The notes under the pieces: model-generated
What the model saw: the letters and a program-made list of their open reading frames with translations, nothing else
Told to the model about the DNA's origin: nothing
Databases searched by the model: none
DNA from: Methanobacteriota archaeon
GTDB taxonomy: Archaea > Halobacteriota > Bog-38 > Methanoflorentales > Methanoflorentaceae
Reading direction: 5' to 3'
Length of the DNA stretch: 64,000 nucleotides
Assembly (NCBI GenBank): GCA_963720465.1
Contig: OY970393.1
Location: 1-64,000, forward strand
Made by a program: the position numbers and the translations under genes
Part shown: positions 60,673 through 64,000 of the stretch, piece after piece
Position numbering within the stretch: the first letter of the stretch is position 1
How the letters are laid out: each line of letters opens with the position of its first letter

Positions 60673-61605
60673 CTACGCCTCTCCTTCAGGCACGAGTTGC
60701 AGATAGACGTCTTCTATCGCCGCGCGCTGCGGCGTGTAGGAAACGACCTTGACGCCCGTGTTTAGAATCCCCCGCAGCACTCTGAACTGTGCTTCCGGAC
60801 CCCCGCTGAAGCTCACTTTGAGCGCGAGCGTTTCGGAGCGTTTCACGGACGTGATATCGTGTAGCGCTTTGATAGCTCTAAACTCGGGTGGCGTGATCGG
60901 CTCGAGTGTGTTGATGGTCACGGTGATGTCGTGCCCCGAAGAGAGGTTCGCGACTGAATCGTAGGTCAGGAGGGTTCCGCGGTCGATGATCGCCACTTTG
61001 TCACATACCTCCTGCACCTCGTACAGTAGGTGTGAGCTCATCAGTATGGTGATATCGGTCTTTATCAGTCCCTTGATAATCTCCCGCACTTCGACCATGC
61101 CGCGCGGGTCGAGGCCTGCCGTAGGCTCGTCAAGGATCAGTATGGATGGCTCGTGCAGGAGCGCTTGGGCGATTGCCAATCGCTGTTTCATTCCTTTTGA
61201 AAATTGCCCCGTTCGCTTATCAGCCACTTCGAGGAGCTTGACCTGCTCTAGAACAGCGTGCGAACGCTCGGCAATCGCTTCGCCGCGCATGCCCCGGATC
61301 GTTCCGACGTATGACAAGCATTCGTAAGGTGTCAGTTGTGGGTAGAACTCGGGCGTTTCCACGACCGCGCCCACTCCGTCAAGTGCGGCTTTGGGATGGT
61401 GGATGACGTCAACGCCGTTGAGATAGGCCTTGCCGCTCGAGGCTCTAAGCAAGTTTGTCATCACCTTTATGGTGGTCGTTTTGCCCGCTCCGTTAGGGCC
61501 GAGATATCCCACACAAATGCCCCGTTCGACGGTCAAACTGAGGTCGTTTACCGCAACGAACTGTCCGTACTTTTTCGACAAATGCTCGATTACTATCGGT
61601 TCCAT
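60673..61605 (-). CDS. ABC transporter ATP-binding protein
   Basis: GPNGAGKTT, FSKGMKQR and LDEPT motifs. Confidence 0.95.
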   Translation of the reverse strand: MEPIVIEHLSKKYGQFVAVNDLSLTVERGICVGYLGPNGAGKTTTIKVMTNLLRASSGKAYLNGVDVIHHPKAALDGVGAVVETPEFYPQLTPYECLSYVGTIRGMRGEAIAERSHAVLEQVKLLEVADKRTGQFSKGMKQRLAIAQALLHEPSILILDEPTAGLDPRGMVEVREIIKGLIKTDITILMSSHLLYEVQEVCDKVAIIDRGTLLTYDSVANLSSGHDITVTINTLEPITPPEFRAIKALHDITSVKRSETLALKVSFSGGPEAQFRVLRGILNTGVKVVSYTPQRAAIEDVYLQLVPEGEA

Positions 61606-61927
61606 CGTTGATCAACCTTCTCTGAGTGCCGCCTTTTGCATTCGCGTTTAAGAGCTAATTTGCTGCTGTCTATAAAGCGCATTAACCGTTTTATACATTT
61701 TGGTTGCGTGTTTATGCGAACGTAGGTGAATGTGCCCGTAGGCTCAAGGTCGCTTAAGCGAAGACTCCACTACCGCCGGTACCGCCTATTGAGTAGCATC
61801 TGCATCGTCACGTACAGATAGACGTACGCCGTGGGTTGGCGACTGCCCCTTCGCTATAGTCTAAGAAAATTAGCTATTTTGGCTTGACAATAGGTTTATT
61901 AGAGATAGATCAGATAGCAATGCGCTA

Positions 61928-62001
61928 GGGCTCGTGGTCTAGGTGGTTATGACGTCGCCTTGACATGGCGGAGGTCGCCGGTTCGAATCCGGCCGAGCCC
62001 A
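61928..62001 (+). tRNA. tRNA-Val(GAC)
   Basis: GGGCTCG/CGAGCCC acceptor stem, TCGCC-TTGACAT-GGCGG anticodon arm, GGTTCGAATCC T arm; TTTATTA about 30 bp upstream. Confidence 0.97.
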
Positions 62002-62357
62002 TCGTTCTTTTTGGGTGCTTTTACGAAATGAGGGCTCTGGGGAGCTATTTGATTTTCAGTTGTGAGAAGAAGTGATTTGAGTTCCGCAATCTGTGATTCG
62101 AGAGCAGAGAAACGAGATTCTGCTTCGGTTTCTAAACCAAGTTTAGAAACTTTTGATTTTGATTCCGCCATCAATTGTGCACTTTCTTGAGTATAAGGGA
62201 CAACCAAAAATGCTGGTTGACCGTCGTGGTCTGTTTTGTAGACATGTGCTCTTTGACCTATGATTTGGACGTATTCTTGCGGTAAACGGATCATAGGATA
62301 TTTCACATTTGGCTTTGACTTTATCGAACCGATTTTCGAGTCTCCGATGTGCTGCAA
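61947..62357 (-). CDS. AbrB-like/coiled-coil protein running antisense into the tRNA
   Basis: KYPMIRLPQEY...IGQRAHVY; the last ~17 codons overlap the tRNA. Confidence 0.65.
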   Translation of the reverse strand: MQHIGDSKIGSIKSKPNVKYPMIRLPQEYVQIIGQRAHVYKTDHDGQPAFLVVPYTQESAQLMAESKSKVSKLGLETEAESRFSALESQIAELKSLLLTTENQIAPQSPHFVKAPKKNDGLGRIRTGDLRHVKATS

Positions 62358-62547
62358 ATAACCACCGCGTTTTCAATGATGATAATTCAGGTGTGTTCTA
62401 ATGAAGCATATTCGCTCCGATTGACATGCAGAAAAGCTTGCGATTTCTCTGCTGGAAGTCTATGAAGAAAGGAAGTCGCCTAAACAACTTACGTGCTATA
62501 AATGACACCGGTGATAAGAGTCGATAAGAGTCAACGTAATTTTGCAA

Positions 62548-63441
62548 TTATTCCTGGCGTGGCTGATAGCCGAGCCGTCCGCGTGTCATAATGATAATTA
62601 GCAGTGCTGGCACCCCAAAGGCGATAAGGTTGGCCAAGTCCAGGGTCGTCTCATTCACGGGGCGAAACAGTGGTATCCACACAACTTGCGGGGTATTGAT
62701 GCTGGTGTGCAGCACGCTGGCGATGAAGACGCTTCCTTGAGTGTGGTTGAAAACCCACGTCATGATTATTGCGATTGCTATGACCATCATAAGAAAAATG
62801 AGAAAGCCCGTAAGGACGGTAGAGAAACTGGTGCCTGGGCCTCCTCCGTGATCCGGCGTCAAGAAGTACAACGAATACCATAATCCCCATAAGACACCAA
62901 GAAGCAGCGTACCCCGCAGTGGCCCGTAGCGCGGTTGCATACGGGGCAGCGCGAAGCCGCGCCAGCCGATTTCTTCGGGGAGCCCAGTCTGAAGGAAGAC
63001 GGCGAAAAAAGCCACTGGATAGACCAGCAAGACGGGGCTAAGACCTTCAAATCTCGCAAGCAATCCTGGCTGGATGATGATCCCAAGCAGGAGTAGTGCA
63101 GGGATGCCGATGAAGATGAACAGATACCATTGCCAACCAGCGCGCCATTGCGTAAGACGGTGCCGCAGGCCACGCAAGCCTGATTTTCCTGCGGTGATAC
63201 TGGTCATGATGATGGCGGCTAGGGCCGGCCCCGCGTACGCCTTTAAGAAGGTGAACAAGAGCAGTGCAATTCCGCCCCCGTTAGGCAAGAGGCCCCAAAC
63301 TGAGAGCACGTAGGGGATAGAAATAATCCAGGAGAATGCGTATGCCATGAAAAAGAAGAAGAACAAGGGATGGTGGCGCATCGTCTCTCGCGGGCCTCTG
63401 GGAGGTGCTGCTGATTGACCCGATGCCTCTAAAGATTCCAC
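62548..63441 (-). CDS. CPBP (Abi/CAAX) intramembrane protease-family protein
   Basis: EEIGWRG and HTSIN motifs; motif-2 His appears replaced by Tyr. Confidence 0.88.
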   Translation of the reverse strand: MESLEASGQSAAPPRGPRETMRHHPLFFFFFMAYAFSWIISIPYVLSVWGLLPNGGGIALLLFTFLKAYAGPALAAIIMTSITAGKSGLRGLRHRLTQWRAGWQWYLFIFIGIPALLLLGIIIQPGLLARFEGLSPVLLVYPVAFFAVFLQTGLPEEIGWRGFALPRMQPRYGPLRGTLLLGVLWGLWYSLYFLTPDHGGGPGTSFSTVLTGFLIFLMMVIAIAIIMTWVFNHTQGSVFIASVLHTSINTPQVVWIPLFRPVNETTLDLANLIAFGVPALLIIIMTRGRLGYQPRQE

Positions 63442-63563
63442 GACAACGATCCTGCGCTATAGTCCTATCTCTCGACCTTTCTCCGGAATAAACGGTATTT
63501 GACGCTATTTTTCCGATTGCGATGCATTGCTGCTTTTCAAGGTGCTGCAGCTTCTGAATAGGT

Positions 63564-63993
63564 TTATAGCCGCGCTAAGAGTTCCTTACGTTTCTCTATG
63601 AATTGAGTTTCCGTAATGATCCCTTCGTCTAGCAGCTCTTTTAAATCGCGGAGCATCGCTGGAATGTCCTTTGGATTGAGCGCTGTTTCAGTTTGCATTC
63701 TTCGTGGCGATGGTTCCACGTTCCCCTTTACAAATAGCTCGTCAACTGAGACGCCTAGAATCTCAGCTATACGCCGTACGATCTCTTCGTCCGGTTGCTG
63801 TATAGAGCCGCTCTCAATGCGGCTGTAAGTCGGTTGCGTTGTACCGACGAGACGAGCCATTTCCTCCTGTGAAACGCCTTTCTTCTGGCGCGCTGTCTTC
63901 TTCTAATTTATTTTCTTTGACTGCTTTTTCTGTTGGTAGGCGCCTGATTTCGTCCGTTGCTTCGCTTATCAGCAATTTCCACTCATCATCCAT
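63564..63993 (-). pseudogene. XRE-family HTH regulator with C-terminal SHOCT domain, frameshifted near 5' end
   Basis: KTARQKKGVSQEEMARLVGTTQPTYSRIESG HTH and LKELLDEGIITETQFIEKRKELL SHOCT; the ATG 63993 frame shifts near 63903. Confidence 0.65.
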
Positions 63994-64000
63994 AAAATCA

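Overview
Archaeal chromosomal window, most likely Halobacteriota/Methanomicrobia-like (inferred from pelota, LSm, rpl37e, dph2, mfnA, DGGGP synthase, PINA ATPase and PEF-CTERM-type tails). About 19.3-61.6 kb is mostly housekeeping (prs, nadC/nadX, hypF, argJ/argC, purF, ppsA, serA, cbiA-like). It is interrupted at 33.9-38.8 kb by a surface-protein cluster containing an 81-copy 12-bp repeat whose single variable base switches an N-glycosylation sequon on or off. The first ~19 kb is accessory: a Drr-type ABC exporter, an Mrr-like nuclease, a ~290-nt highly base-paired intergenic element (candidate ncRNA), two RHH/coiled-coil proteins, a stand-alone nitrogenase-like D-K-H operon between two SAM methyltransferases, and four tandem Zn-ribbon/RDD paralogs. 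The window ends at a tRNA-Val(GAC) that appears to be an integration site. All calls come from motif recognition and manual reading; no database searches or folding calculations were run.
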